64,000 nucleotides of DNA, from positions 3,113 through 67,112 of the forward strand of contig JAQGNU010000190.1 in the NCBI GenBank assembly GCA_028291645.1, written 5' to 3'. This document shows positions 26,033 through 35,353 of the stretch, one piece after another (the first letter of the stretch is position 1; each line of letters opens with the position of its first letter). The DNA is from Nevskia sp. Its GTDB lineage: Bacteria > Pseudomonadota > Gammaproteobacteria > Nevskiales > Nevskiaceae. The notes under the pieces were generated by a model. It saw only the letters and a program-made list of their open reading frames with translations. It did not search any database and had not been told where the DNA came from. A program made the position numbers and the translations under genes.

Positions 26033-27564
26033 AGCAGCGTCGCCATTACAGAGGCATCAAACAACAGGACCAGGCAATGTCGGATTCAAGTCAGCAGATC
26101 CTCGACGAACTCCAGCACTGGGGAGGACCCGCCGAGCTGAGTGCATTCGAGGCGGTGATGTGGCGCGCGGAAAGCGATCCGCGGCTGCGTTCGACCACAA
26201 CCTCGGTATTCATCCTCGATCGCGTGCCGGACTGGCCGCGCCTGTATGCCGGTCATCAATGGCTGGTGCGGGCAGTTCCGCGTTTCCGCCAACGGGTGCT
26301 CGATCCCGCGATCGGCTTGCCGACCTGGGTCGAAGACGGTCGTTTCAATCTCGACTATCACCTGCGTCGGCTGTCGCTGCCGGCGCCGGGCAGCGAACGC
26401 CAGCTGTTCGATCTCGCGCAGACACTGGCGATGGTGCCGTTCGACCGCGTGCGTCCGCCGTGGGAAGGCACGCTGGTCGAAGGTCTCGAAGGCGGGCGTG
26501 CGGCCTATGTGCTGAAGCTGCATCACGCGACCTCGGATGGTCTCGGCATCATGCAGCTGCTGAGCCGCGTGCTGGGTCGCACCCGCGAGCCGAGCCGGCG
26601 CGCAATGCCGAAACCGGATATAGCCGGCGCAGCGCGTGCTCGCAGCGGCACTCGATCCGCGATGCAGCAGCTGCTTGGCCTGCCGCAGCAGGCGGCCGGC
26701 ACCGTGAGCGCGCTGCTCGGTGCGGCGCGCCGCTACGTCGCCGAGCCGGAAGCGCTGCGCGCCGCGCTGGATTACGGCAAGTCTGCGCAACGCGTCCTCG
26801 GCGCCAAGCCGGTAGCAGGTTCTCCGATTCTGAAACGGCGCAGCCTGGACTGGCGTTTCGACGCCATCGAGATTGCGCTCGATGAACTCAAGTCGGCTGC
26901 ACGCGCCTGCCAGGGCTCGCTCAACGATGTCTTCCTGGCGGGATTGATCGGTGGCTTCCGCCGCTATCACGAGGCCATGGGGGTGCCGTTGAAGCAAATG
27001 CCGATCGGTTTCCCGATCAGCTTGCGCAAGGAAGGCGACGCGATCGGCGGCAACAAATTCGCCGGCATGCAGTATCCGGCGCCGATCGACGAACTCGATC
27101 CGATCGCGCGCGTGCGCCACATCCAGGCCTTCGTCAGTGATGCGCGCGGCGAGCCTGCGCTCGGCGTCATGGTGCATCTGATGCCAGTGGTGATGTGTCT
27201 GCCGAACTCGGCGATGACTGCGCTCACCGCGGCGTTCACCACCGCGCAGGACGCGCAGATCAGCAACATCCCCGGCATCGCCGAAGACGTCTACATGGCC
27301 GGCGCCAAGCTCACCCATTTCTGGCCGTTCGCGCCGATACCCGGCTGCGCCATGATGCTGGCGATGATTTCGCACAACGGCCGTTGCTGCATCGGCCTCA
27401 ACAGCGATCGTGCTGCAGTGGTCGAGCCGCAACTGCTGGTCGACTGCCTGCGCGAAGGGCTGCAGGAAATGCTGGCGCTGGGGACGACTGCGGCCAACAA
27501 ACCGGCGCAGCCGGCCCATTCAAAAACTGCGGGCAAGCGCTCGCGCGCAACGGTGGGCGCATGA
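26029..27564 (+). CDS. Wax ester synthase / acyl-CoA:diacylglycerol acyltransferase (WS/DGAT). Alternative start ATG 26077
   Basis: Active-site motif HHATSDGLG (HHxxxDG), with LSAFEAVMWRAE at the N-terminus and NIPG in the C-terminal half. GTG 26029 overlaps the gpsA stop codon (GTGA). ATG 26077 has an AGGA RBS. Confidence 0.9.
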   Translation: MKQRRHYRGIKQQDQAMSDSSQQILDELQHWGGPAELSAFEAVMWRAESDPRLRSTTTSVFILDRVPDWPRLYAGHQWLVRAVPRFRQRVLDPAIGLPTWVEDGRFNLDYHLRRLSLPAPGSERQLFDLAQTLAMVPFDRVRPPWEGTLVEGLEGGRAAYVLKLHHATSDGLGIMQLLSRVLGRTREPSRRAMPKPDIAGAARARSGTRSAMQQLLGLPQQAAGTVSALLGAARRYVAEPEALRAALDYGKSAQRVLGAKPVAGSPILKRRSLDWRFDAIEIALDELKSAARACQGSLNDVFLAGLIGGFRRYHEAMGVPLKQMPIGFPISLRKEGDAIGGNKFAGMQYPAPIDELDPIARVRHIQAFVSDARGEPALGVMVHLMPVVMCLPNSAMTALTAAFTTAQDAQISNIPGIAEDVYMAGAKLTHFWPFAPIPGCAMMLAMISHNGRCCIGLNSDRAAVVEPQLLVDCLREGLQEMLALGTTAANKPAQPAHSKTAGKRSRATVGA

Positions 27565-28451
27565 ACATGAAACATACCGAAGGCACGCTGTTCGGCGTCA
27601 ACAATCTCAGTATCTTCCGCCAATCCTGGGTGCCGCTGAATCCGCGCGCGGTGGTGGTGATCGCACATGGCCTGGGCGAGCACAGCGGACGCTATGCGCA
27701 TGTCGTCGAGCATCTGTGCGCGCTCGGCTGTGCGGTCTATGCGCTCGATCATCGCGGGCACGGCCGCTCGGCCGGTCCGCGCGCCTATGTCGATCGCTTC
27801 GCGCATGCGGTGTCCGATCTTGATCAACTGGTCGACCTGGCGCGACGCGAGCAGCGCACGTCATCGCTGAAGCGTCCGCTGTTCCTGCTCGGGCACAGCA
27901 TGGGTGGCGCACTCGCGTTGAGCTACACGCTGAAATTCCAGGGCAAGCTCGATGGACTGATTCTGTCGGGTGCCGCCGTCGCGCTCGACGGCGCACCGCC
28001 GCTGATGAAGCCGCTGGCAAAGCTGCTGTCCGTGCTTGCGCCCAAGCTCGGCATGTTCCACGTGCAGGCGGAACTGATCAGCCGCGATCCGGCGGTGGTC
28101 GCAGGCTACAACAGTGATCCGCTCAATTGCCACGGCAAGGTGCCGGCACGCACGCTCGGCGAAATCGTCAATCTGGTCGAGTGGCTGCCCGCTGCCTTGT
28201 CGGTGCTGAAGCTGCCGATGCTGGTGATGCACGGCGGTGCCGACAAGCTGGCGGGTGTCGCCGGTAGCGAGAGGGTGTTCGCGCGCGCGGGTTCGGCCGA
28301 CAAGACGCTGAAGATCTACGACGATCTGTACCACGAAATCTTCAACGAGCTGCCGCCGGATCGAGCGCGGGTACTGCTTGATCTCGGCGGCTGGATCGAA
28401 GCGCGCTTCGTGTTGCAAGGCGCGGTTTCGGGTCGGCTGAAGTCGGCCTGA
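27561..28451 (+). CDS. Monoacylglycerol lipase / lysophospholipase-type alpha/beta hydrolase
   Basis: VVIAHGLGEHSGRYAHVVEHL...LDHRGHGRS...LLGHSMGGALA...HGGADKL...YHEIFNE. The ATG overlaps the WS/DGAT stop codon (ATGA). The track ORF 27195 carries an out-of-family N-extension. Confidence 0.85.
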   Translation: MNMKHTEGTLFGVNNLSIFRQSWVPLNPRAVVVIAHGLGEHSGRYAHVVEHLCALGCAVYALDHRGHGRSAGPRAYVDRFAHAVSDLDQLVDLARREQRTSSLKRPLFLLGHSMGGALALSYTLKFQGKLDGLILSGAAVALDGAPPLMKPLAKLLSVLAPKLGMFHVQAELISRDPAVVAGYNSDPLNCHGKVPARTLGEIVNLVEWLPAALSVLKLPMLVMHGGADKLAGVAGSERVFARAGSADKTLKIYDDLYHEIFNELPPDRARVLLDLGGWIEARFVLQGAVSGRLKSA

Positions 28452-28516
28452 TCGGCGCGGCTGCGCGCGAGTCCCTCCGAGCCGCTTCGCAGCCATTGCG
28501 GATCGCCCCGTCGAAA

Positions 28517-28534
28517 TAGTATGCTACCATACTA
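28517..28534. promoter_or_regulatory. Candidate operator: perfect palindrome TAGTATG-CTAC-CATACTA
   Basis: Read directly from the sequence, 32 nt upstream of the MaoC gene at 28566. It differs from the 20742 copy by one spacer base. Confidence 0.6.
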
Positions 28535-28565
28535 ACAAGATCGGCTTGTCGAGAGGAGCGCTGCA

Positions 28566-29048
28566 ATGGCTGGGCTGTACTTCGAGCAGTTCGAGGTGAA
28601 CAAGGTGTTCCGGCATGAAATCCGGCGCACTGTCACCGAGTCGGACAACGTCTGGTTCTGTGGTGCGACCTACAATTCGGCGCAGATCCATATCGACGCG
28701 GAATACTGCGCGACGACAGAGTTCGGCAAACCGCTGGTGAATTCGATCTTCACGCTGGGACTGGTGATCGGACTGTCGATCCAGGACACCACGCTCGGTA
28801 CCACGATCGCCAATCTCGGCATGACCGACACTCGCTTTCCGAAGCCGGTGTTCGCCGGCGACACGATCCATTCGGTGACTACCGTGGTCGAACTGCGCGA
28901 CAGCAAGTCGCGTCCGACCACCGGCATCGTCACGTTCCGCCACGAAGGCTTCAACCAACGCGGCGAACTGGTCTGTACCTCGTTGCGCCAGGCGCTGATG
29001 ATGCGCAGTCCGGTCGCCCGTCCCGCGGAAGCGGTCAGCGCAAGCTGA
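28566..29048 (+). CDS. MaoC family dehydratase (single hot-dog enoyl-CoA hydratase)
   Basis: LYFEQFEVNKVFRHEIRRTVTESDNVWFCGATYNSAQIHID...FTLGLVIGLS...FPKPVFAGDTI. RBS GAGAGGAG. Confidence 0.85.
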   Translation: MAGLYFEQFEVNKVFRHEIRRTVTESDNVWFCGATYNSAQIHIDAEYCATTEFGKPLVNSIFTLGLVIGLSIQDTTLGTTIANLGMTDTRFPKPVFAGDTIHSVTTVVELRDSKSRPTTGIVTFRHEGFNQRGELVCTSLRQALMMRSPVARPAEAVSAS

Positions 29049-29065
29049 ATATTTTGGAGCCTTCG

Positions 29066-30232
29066 ATGAATTTTGCAGTCAATCCGGACCACCAGGCCAT
29101 CCGCGACGGCGTCAGTGCCGTCGTCCGTTCGTTCAAGGACGAATACTGGCTGGAGCGTGATGAAGATGGCCGCTTCCCCGTGGAATTCCATCGCGCGATG
29201 GCGGAGGGCGGCTGGCTCGGCCTGACGATGCCCGAGGAGTACGGCGGCTCCGGCCTCGGCGTGACCGAGGCCATGATCATGATGCATGAAGTCGCCAGCC
29301 ATGGCGGCGGGATGGCGGCTACTTCCACGGTGCATATCAACCTGTTCGGGCCGCATCCGATCGTCGTCTTCGGCACGCCCGAGCAGAAGACGCGCTGGAT
29401 TCCGCGACTGGTCGCCGGCGCGGACCAGTGCTGCTTCGGTTTCACCGAGCCGGACGCTGGTTTGAACACCACGGCGATCAAAACCTTCGCCCAGAAAGTT
29501 CCGGGTGGCTATCGGGTTAACGGCCAGAAGGTCTGGACCTCGACCGCGCAGGTCGCCAACAAGATCATGCTGCTGACGCGAACCACCAAGCTGGAGGACT
29601 GCAAGCGCCCGACTGATGGCATCACGATCTTCTATACCGATCTCGATCGCAGCAAGATCGAAGTGCAGAAGATTCCGAAGATGGGACGCAAGGCGGTCGA
29701 TTCCAATGCGATCTTCATCGATGACCTGTTCATTCCCGACGAGGATCGTATCGGCGAGGAGGGCAAGGGCTTCGGCTACGTGCTGCACAGTCTGAATCCC
29801 GAACGCGTGCTGATCGGCGTCGAAGCCATCGGCATCGGGCAGGACGCGCTGCGCCGCGCATCGAAATACGCGCGCGAGCGTATCGTCTTCGGCCGCCCCA
29901 TCGGCATGAACCAGGGCATTCAGCATCCGCTTGCGGAAAAGTGGATGCAGCTCGAGGCGGCCTATCTGATGGTTTCGAAAGCGGCCTGGCTGTACGACAA
30001 CCATCAGCCTTGCGGTGCCGAAGCGAACGCCGGCAAGTTCCTCGGCGCGCGCGCCGGCTACGACAGCTGTCTGCAGGCAGTGTTGACCTTCGGCGGTTTC
30101 GGCTACGCCAAGGAATATCACGTCGAGCGGCTGCTGCGCGAAGTGACGATCACGCGCATCGCGCCGATCACCGAACAGCTGATCCTGTCGTTTATCGCAG
30201 AAAAAGTTCTCGACCAGCCAAAATCATACTGA
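29066..30232 (+). CDS. Acyl-CoA dehydrogenase
   Basis: MNFAVNPDHQAIRDGV...MPEEYGGSGLG...FGFTEPDAGLNT...GGFGYAKEYHVERLLRE. ATG 29066 lies 6 nt after GGAG. The track start at 29054 is TTG. Confidence 0.9.
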   Translation: MNFAVNPDHQAIRDGVSAVVRSFKDEYWLERDEDGRFPVEFHRAMAEGGWLGLTMPEEYGGSGLGVTEAMIMMHEVASHGGGMAATSTVHINLFGPHPIVVFGTPEQKTRWIPRLVAGADQCCFGFTEPDAGLNTTAIKTFAQKVPGGYRVNGQKVWTSTAQVANKIMLLTRTTKLEDCKRPTDGITIFYTDLDRSKIEVQKIPKMGRKAVDSNAIFIDDLFIPDEDRIGEEGKGFGYVLHSLNPERVLIGVEAIGIGQDALRRASKYARERIVFGRPIGMNQGIQHPLAEKWMQLEAAYLMVSKAAWLYDNHQPCGAEANAGKFLGARAGYDSCLQAVLTFGGFGYAKEYHVERLLREVTITRIAPITEQLILSFIAEKVLDQPKSY

Positions 30233-30275
30233 TAACAAATACCTGCGATATGAATGGTCATGCTACTTTACAACA

Positions 30276-30295
30276 ATCGTATGGAAGCATACGAT
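30276..30295. promoter_or_regulatory. Candidate operator: perfect 20-bp palindrome ATCGTATG-GAAG-CATACGAT
   Basis: Read directly from the sequence, 31 nt upstream of the ACAD start at 30327. Confidence 0.6.
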
Positions 30296-30326
30296 ACTGT
30301 TGTCTACACTGTTTTGGAGTCACCTA

Positions 30327-31553
30327 ATGTTTGAACGCAGCCTTTTCCAGAACGAACATGAAATGTTCCGTTCCTCGGTTCGCAAGTTCATCGAGAAGGA
30401 AATCGCTCCGTTTCACGCCGAGTGGGAGCGGGATGGCGTTGTGCCGCGCGAGCTCTGGCTGAAAGCGGGTGCCACCGGCCTGCTGTGCTGCACGATTCCC
30501 GAAGAGTACGGCGGTCTCGGGCTCGACTACCTGTTCGATGTTGTCGTGTTCGAAGAGATTGCGCGCAGCGGCTTTACCGGTCCGGGATTCCTGATCCACT
30601 GCGACCTCGTCGCGACCTACGTCAAATCCTTCGGCAGCGAGGAGCAGAAGAAGTACTGGCTGCCCAAGATGGTGACCGGTGAAGCGATCGGATCGCTCGG
30701 TATGACCGAGCCGCACGCCGGCTCCGACCTGCGCAACATCCGTACGCGCGCGGTGCGTGATGGCGACGATTTTGTCATCAACGGCCAGAAAGTTTTCATA
30801 TCGAATGGCCAGCTTTGCGACGTTCTCGTCCTCGCAACCAAGACGGACGGTCTTTCCAGCGGCAAGGGCATCACGCTGTTCCTGGTGGATACTTCGCTGC
30901 CCGGATTCAAGCGCGGCAAGAATCTGGAAAAGCTCGGCTTGAAGGCGCAGGACACGTCGGAACTGTTCTTCGAGGATCTGCGCGTGCCGGCCAGCGCCAT
31001 GCTGGGCAACGAAGGCGAAGGTTTCAAGCTGATGATGACGAAGCTCGCGCAGGAGCGACTGGCACAGGCCATCCGTTCGGCGACCGTCGCCGAAACCCTG
31101 ATCGACATGACGGTCGACTACACCGCCAACCGGCGCGCCTTCGGCCAGACCATCGGCGATTTCCAGAACACCCAGTTCAAGCTGGCCGAAATGAAGACCG
31201 ATGCGGTCATCGGCCGCGTGTTCACCGATCACTGCATCAAGAAATTCATGGACGGCCAGCTCGACGAGGTCGATGCCGCAATGGCGAAGATGTGGCTTTC
31301 GAATCTGCATTGTCGCGTTGCCGACGAATGCCTGCAGCTGTTCGGCGGCTGGGGCTACATGTGGGAATACCCGATCGCACGCGCCTTTGCCGATTCACGC
31401 ATCGTCAAGATTGCCGGTGGTTCCATCGAAATCATGAAGCACATCATCGGGCGCTCGCTGTTCAGTGCAGCGCGCGGTCATGAGCGTGTTCAGTCCATTG
31501 GAAAAAGTGCTGATAGCAAAGCTGGTGATGAGGGTAACCGGGCGGTCGCATAA
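30327..31553 (+). CDS. Acyl-CoA dehydrogenase
   Basis: MFERSLFQNEHEMFRSSVRKFIEKEIAPFHAEWE...MTEPHAGSDLRNI...FGGWGYMWEYPIARAFADSRIVKIAGGSIEIM. RBS GGAG. Confidence 0.9.
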   Translation: MFERSLFQNEHEMFRSSVRKFIEKEIAPFHAEWERDGVVPRELWLKAGATGLLCCTIPEEYGGLGLDYLFDVVVFEEIARSGFTGPGFLIHCDLVATYVKSFGSEEQKKYWLPKMVTGEAIGSLGMTEPHAGSDLRNIRTRAVRDGDDFVINGQKVFISNGQLCDVLVLATKTDGLSSGKGITLFLVDTSLPGFKRGKNLEKLGLKAQDTSELFFEDLRVPASAMLGNEGEGFKLMMTKLAQERLAQAIRSATVAETLIDMTVDYTANRRAFGQTIGDFQNTQFKLAEMKTDAVIGRVFTDHCIKKFMDGQLDEVDAAMAKMWLSNLHCRVADECLQLFGGWGYMWEYPIARAFADSRIVKIAGGSIEIMKHIIGRSLFSAARGHERVQSIGKSADSKAGDEGNRAVA

Positions 31554-31622
31554 ACCCGGTTCGACCTCGCGCGGCAGATCGCAAAGCCGTTTTGGCAGCA
31601 GGTAAATATTTGGAGGAGTGGT

Positions 31623-32744
31623 ATGAGTGACTATTTGAAATATTGGACACCGGTGCTGGTATTGGCAACTGCGTTCGCCGGCATTATTCTCGGCGGCGAT
31701 TGGGTCTGGCTTGGCATCCTGACGTTCCCGACGCTGGCCGTACTCGATTCGATGTTCCCGCGCGACTACGGCGTGCGCAAGATGACCAATGCCAGGCTGG
31801 CCAATATTCCTATTTGGCTCTGCGCGGTCGGTCCGGTTGCCTTGTATGTCGCGTTTGCCTGGCGCATATCGCATGAAGACCTCACGGGATGGCAGATTTT
31901 CGGCGGCATCCTCAGCGTTGCCTGGATGGGAGTTATTCCGCTGATTCCCGCTGCCCACGAGCTCTACCACATGCGCGGTGCGTTGCCCAGAACGGTCGGT
32001 CGTTATTCGCACCTGTGCATACTCGATTGCACCCGGGACATCGGCCATGTGGTAGGGCACCACATCGACGTGGCCACGCCGGACGATGGCGACACCGCAG
32101 CGCGCGGCGTCAGCCTCTATGCCTTCACGCCGAAGGCGGTGATTGAAAGCACCAAGTACGCGCTGAACATGGAAGCGCGTGCGCTAAGGAAGAAGGGGTT
32201 GAGTCCCTGGAACTTCCGGCACCGGGCGTACCGCGCGATTCTCGCGCAGATCCTGTTTCAAACGCTGCTGTTCGTCGTCGGCGGATGGAAGGCAGTCGTA
32301 TTCGCTCTTTGCGCGATGACCATCTCGCGCTTCTGGGTCGAATCATTCAATTACTTCCAGCATTACGGCGTGATCCGCGTGAAGGGGGCGCCGATTGGCC
32401 GCAGGCATCTGTGGAACCATCTTGGCTGGTTCTCGCGCACGGTCGCGTTCGAGATCACCAATCATGCCGATCACCATCTGAACTCGTACCAGGTCTACTA
32501 CAAGCTGGTGCCTCACAAGGAAGCGATTCCGATGCCGAGCGTGTTCGTCTGCTTCCTCTCCGCATTGTTTCCGCCGCTGTGGCACGAAGCCATCATCAAG
32601 CCAGCGCTGAAACGCTGGGACCTGGAATTCGCGACGGCGGAAGAGCGCGTGCTCGCGGCCAAGCAGAACGAAGCCGCCGGTTGGCCCGACTGGCAGCATG
32701 AGCCTGGGGTCAATGTCGGCAAGTCCGCAACCGTAGGCATTTAG
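31623..32744 (+). CDS. AlkB/XylM-family integral-membrane di-iron monooxygenase (xylene/alkane hydroxylase-like)
   Basis: Histidine boxes HELYH, GHVVGHHIDVATPDD and NHADHH, plus NYFQHYG. The 373-aa length and the C-terminal AGWPDW resemble XylM, from memory. Confidence 0.85.
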   Translation: MSDYLKYWTPVLVLATAFAGIILGGDWVWLGILTFPTLAVLDSMFPRDYGVRKMTNARLANIPIWLCAVGPVALYVAFAWRISHEDLTGWQIFGGILSVAWMGVIPLIPAAHELYHMRGALPRTVGRYSHLCILDCTRDIGHVVGHHIDVATPDDGDTAARGVSLYAFTPKAVIESTKYALNMEARALRKKGLSPWNFRHRAYRAILAQILFQTLLFVVGGWKAVVFALCAMTISRFWVESFNYFQHYGVIRVKGAPIGRRHLWNHLGWFSRTVAFEITNHADHHLNSYQVYYKLVPHKEAIPMPSVFVCFLSALFPPLWHEAIIKPALKRWDLEFATAEERVLAAKQNEAAGWPDWQHEPGVNVGKSATVGI

Positions 32745-32780
32745 GTCACACGTATCCCTCCGCCAACACGGGGAAATTTG

Positions 32781-32816
32781 ACGCCGCTGGACCTGATGGC
32801 CGGCGGCGTTTCTTTG
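32781..32816 (+). terminator. Rho-independent terminator after the monooxygenase gene
   Basis: Stem ACGCCGCTGG / CCGGCGGCGT (one mismatch), 9-nt loop, followed by TTCTTT. Confidence 0.55.
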
Positions 32817-32901
32817 GGATCTATATCGCTCATCGCCTGACCGATCATGAATCGGAGTGCGAAGTCCGACAAATCAATAATGCTGCGCGGGAGCAGTCAT
32901 C

Positions 32902-33690
32902 ATGACTTATGAATCCATCGATCTGAGCGTTAACGACGGCCTGGCGACCTTGACGCTCAACCAGGCCGCGCAAGGCAATCCGTTCAATGCGACGCTGTGC
33001 GCCGACATGGCCGCTGTAGCCAACGAGCTTGCCGGCCGCAACGATGTCCGCGCCATCCTGCTGAAGGCGAACGGACGGTTCTTCAGCGTCGGTGGCGACA
33101 TCGCGATGTTCGCGAAGAACCTGGACATGCTGCCGAACAAGATTCGCGAGTGGACCAGCGGCCTGCATATGGGCATCGCGCGACTCGCACGCCTGAACGC
33201 GCCCATCGTCGCCTGCGTCCACGCAACCGCGATGGGCGGTGCCGTCGCCCTGGTCGCGAATTGCGATCTGGTATTCGCCGGCCGGTCGGCGCGCTTCGGT
33301 GCGGCCTATCCGCAGATCGGTTACAGCTGTGATGCCGGCGCGTCATTCGGACTGGCATCGCGCATGGGCCTGGCCAGAGCGCGGCGCTTTCTGATTCTTT
33401 GCGAAACGCTGACTGCCGACGAAGCCGGCCGCGTCGGTCTGGTCGATCACGTCGTCGACGACGCAGTGCTCGTGTCGGAGGCCGAACAGGCTGCGATCAA
33501 GCTCAGTAATGGGCCCACCCGTGCCTACGGCGAGATCCGGCGCCTGTTCAGCCGGGCGCTGGGACAACCGTTCGAAGCGCAGCTCGAAGACGAAGCGCAG
33601 GCGCTTGCGCGTGCCGCGTCGACCGCCGACGCGCGCGAGGGCATCACTGCATTCGTGGAAAAGCGGCAGCCGCAGTTTCACGGCAGCTGA
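32902..33690 (+). CDS. Enoyl-CoA hydratase/isomerase family protein
   Basis: LATLTLNQAAQGNPFN...GRFFSVGGDI...ACVHATAMGGAVALVANCDL...REGITAFVEKRQPQF. Confidence 0.9.
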   Translation: MTYESIDLSVNDGLATLTLNQAAQGNPFNATLCADMAAVANELAGRNDVRAILLKANGRFFSVGGDIAMFAKNLDMLPNKIREWTSGLHMGIARLARLNAPIVACVHATAMGGAVALVANCDLVFAGRSARFGAAYPQIGYSCDAGASFGLASRMGLARARRFLILCETLTADEAGRVGLVDHVVDDAVLVSEAEQAAIKLSNGPTRAYGEIRRLFSRALGQPFEAQLEDEAQALARAASTADAREGITAFVEKRQPQFHGS

Positions 33691-33736
33691 GTCGCTGATA
33701 AAAGTGCGCAGCTGAACGCGCCGAGGGAGGAAGAAC

Positions 33737-35308
33737 ATGTGGTTACACGCTGAAATCAAATCGCTCGCCGACATTCCGCGGTATTACGCACGCACGCTGC
33801 CCGACAAGATTGCGCTGATCGATGGCGTGGGTGGACGCACATTTCGTCAACTCGACCGAACCAGCAACCTGATCGGCGCGGCGCTCGTCGCCGCGGGCGT
33901 TCCCAGGTGCTCGCACATCGGCTTCATCGGCAAGAATTCCGCCCGCTACTTCGAAGCGCTGTTCGGCGCCACCAAGGCCGCTTGTGCAATCACGCCTCTG
34001 AACTGGCGGCTCACGGAAACCGAACTGGCGCTGGTGATCGAGGATGCGCGCTGCCCGATCATATTCGTCGACAAGGAATTTTCCAGCGTCGCCAAAAATC
34101 TGCAAGGGAGCTGCACGCATAAATTCCGCTGCATCCAGTTCGACTCGACCAGCACGGCTGCAGATGAATTTGAAGACTGGCTCGGTACCGGCGAGCCGGT
34201 GGATCCCGCCATCGAATGCAGCGCGGAGGATACCGCTGTCCTGATCTACACCTCGGGCACCACCGGAAAGCCCAAGGGCGTCCAGCTGACGCACCGCGGC
34301 TTCGGCTACATGCGGCTCTGCGAACATCTGGAGCCCGCGCTGCAGTGGCAAGCCGATGACGTAATGCTGATGGTCATGCCGAACTTCCACCTGGTCGGCA
34401 CCGGGCTTTCGGTGCAGTCGCTCTACAACGGCTCCACCGTTTCGATCCTGCCGGCGCTGGATCCGGGTCGGACCTTGAAGCTGATCGAACGTGACCGTCC
34501 CACTATCTGTGCGCTGGTGCCGACCGCGATCCAGATGCTGCTGGATCATCCCGACGCGGCGACCGCGGATTTCTCTTCGCTGCGTCTGGTGATGTACGCC
34601 GGCTCGCCGATCAGTTCGCGTCTGTTGCAGCGGGCGATCGCCGAGATGAAATGCCGCTTCATGCAGTTTTACGGCGCCACTGAATCGTCCGGTGCCATTA
34701 CATTGTTGCGCCCCGAGCAGCATGACATCGACAACGAGGCCAGGCTGCGCTCGTGTGGAACGCCATTGCCGCTGATCGAAATAAAGATCGTCGATGCCGA
34801 AGGCAAGGAGTTGCCGCAGGGGGCGACCGGAGAATTCATGGTGCGCTCGCCATCGCTGTTCGGCGGCTACTGGAATCAGCCCGATGCGACCGCGGCAGTA
34901 TTGCAAGGCGGCTGGTACCGAACCGGCGATGCCGGTTTCCGCGACGCCGAGGGGCTGCTGTACATCGTCGATCGCGTCAAGGACATGATCGTCACCGGAG
35001 GCGAGAACGTCTATTCCGGAGAAGTCGAACAGGCGCTGCAGAAGCATCCCGCCGTGCGACTCTCCACCGTCATCGGTGTTCCGGATGAACGCTGGGGCGA
35101 GAAAGTCACTGCGGTCGTGATCGTCGCCGAGGGCGCCACACTGACCGCCGACGAAGTGATTTCGCACTGCCGCACGCTCATCGCCGGGTACAAGGTTCCC
35201 AAGACGGTTCGTTTCGTCGACGTATTGCCGATGACCGCAACCGGAAAAGTGCTCAAGCGCGCAGTCCGCGATCAATTCCTGAAGGATGTCGAGAACGTCG
35301 TCGGGTAA
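33737..35308 (+). CDS. AMP-dependent acyl-CoA synthetase (fatty-acid--CoA ligase)
   Basis: AMP-binding motif LIYTSGTTGKPKGVQLTH, then YGATE, WYRTGDAG, VDRVKDMIVTGGENV and KVLKR. Confidence 0.9.
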   Translation: MWLHAEIKSLADIPRYYARTLPDKIALIDGVGGRTFRQLDRTSNLIGAALVAAGVPRCSHIGFIGKNSARYFEALFGATKAACAITPLNWRLTETELALVIEDARCPIIFVDKEFSSVAKNLQGSCTHKFRCIQFDSTSTAADEFEDWLGTGEPVDPAIECSAEDTAVLIYTSGTTGKPKGVQLTHRGFGYMRLCEHLEPALQWQADDVMLMVMPNFHLVGTGLSVQSLYNGSTVSILPALDPGRTLKLIERDRPTICALVPTAIQMLLDHPDAATADFSSLRLVMYAGSPISSRLLQRAIAEMKCRFMQFYGATESSGAITLLRPEQHDIDNEARLRSCGTPLPLIEIKIVDAEGKELPQGATGEFMVRSPSLFGGYWNQPDATAAVLQGGWYRTGDAGFRDAEGLLYIVDRVKDMIVTGGENVYSGEVEQALQKHPAVRLSTVIGVPDERWGEKVTAVVIVAEGATLTADEVISHCRTLIAGYKVPKTVRFVDVLPMTATGKVLKRAVRDQFLKDVENVVG

Positions 35309-35353
35309 ACGCGACCGGCTTCGCGCCGTTGGGCACGCCACATAATCGCGGAA

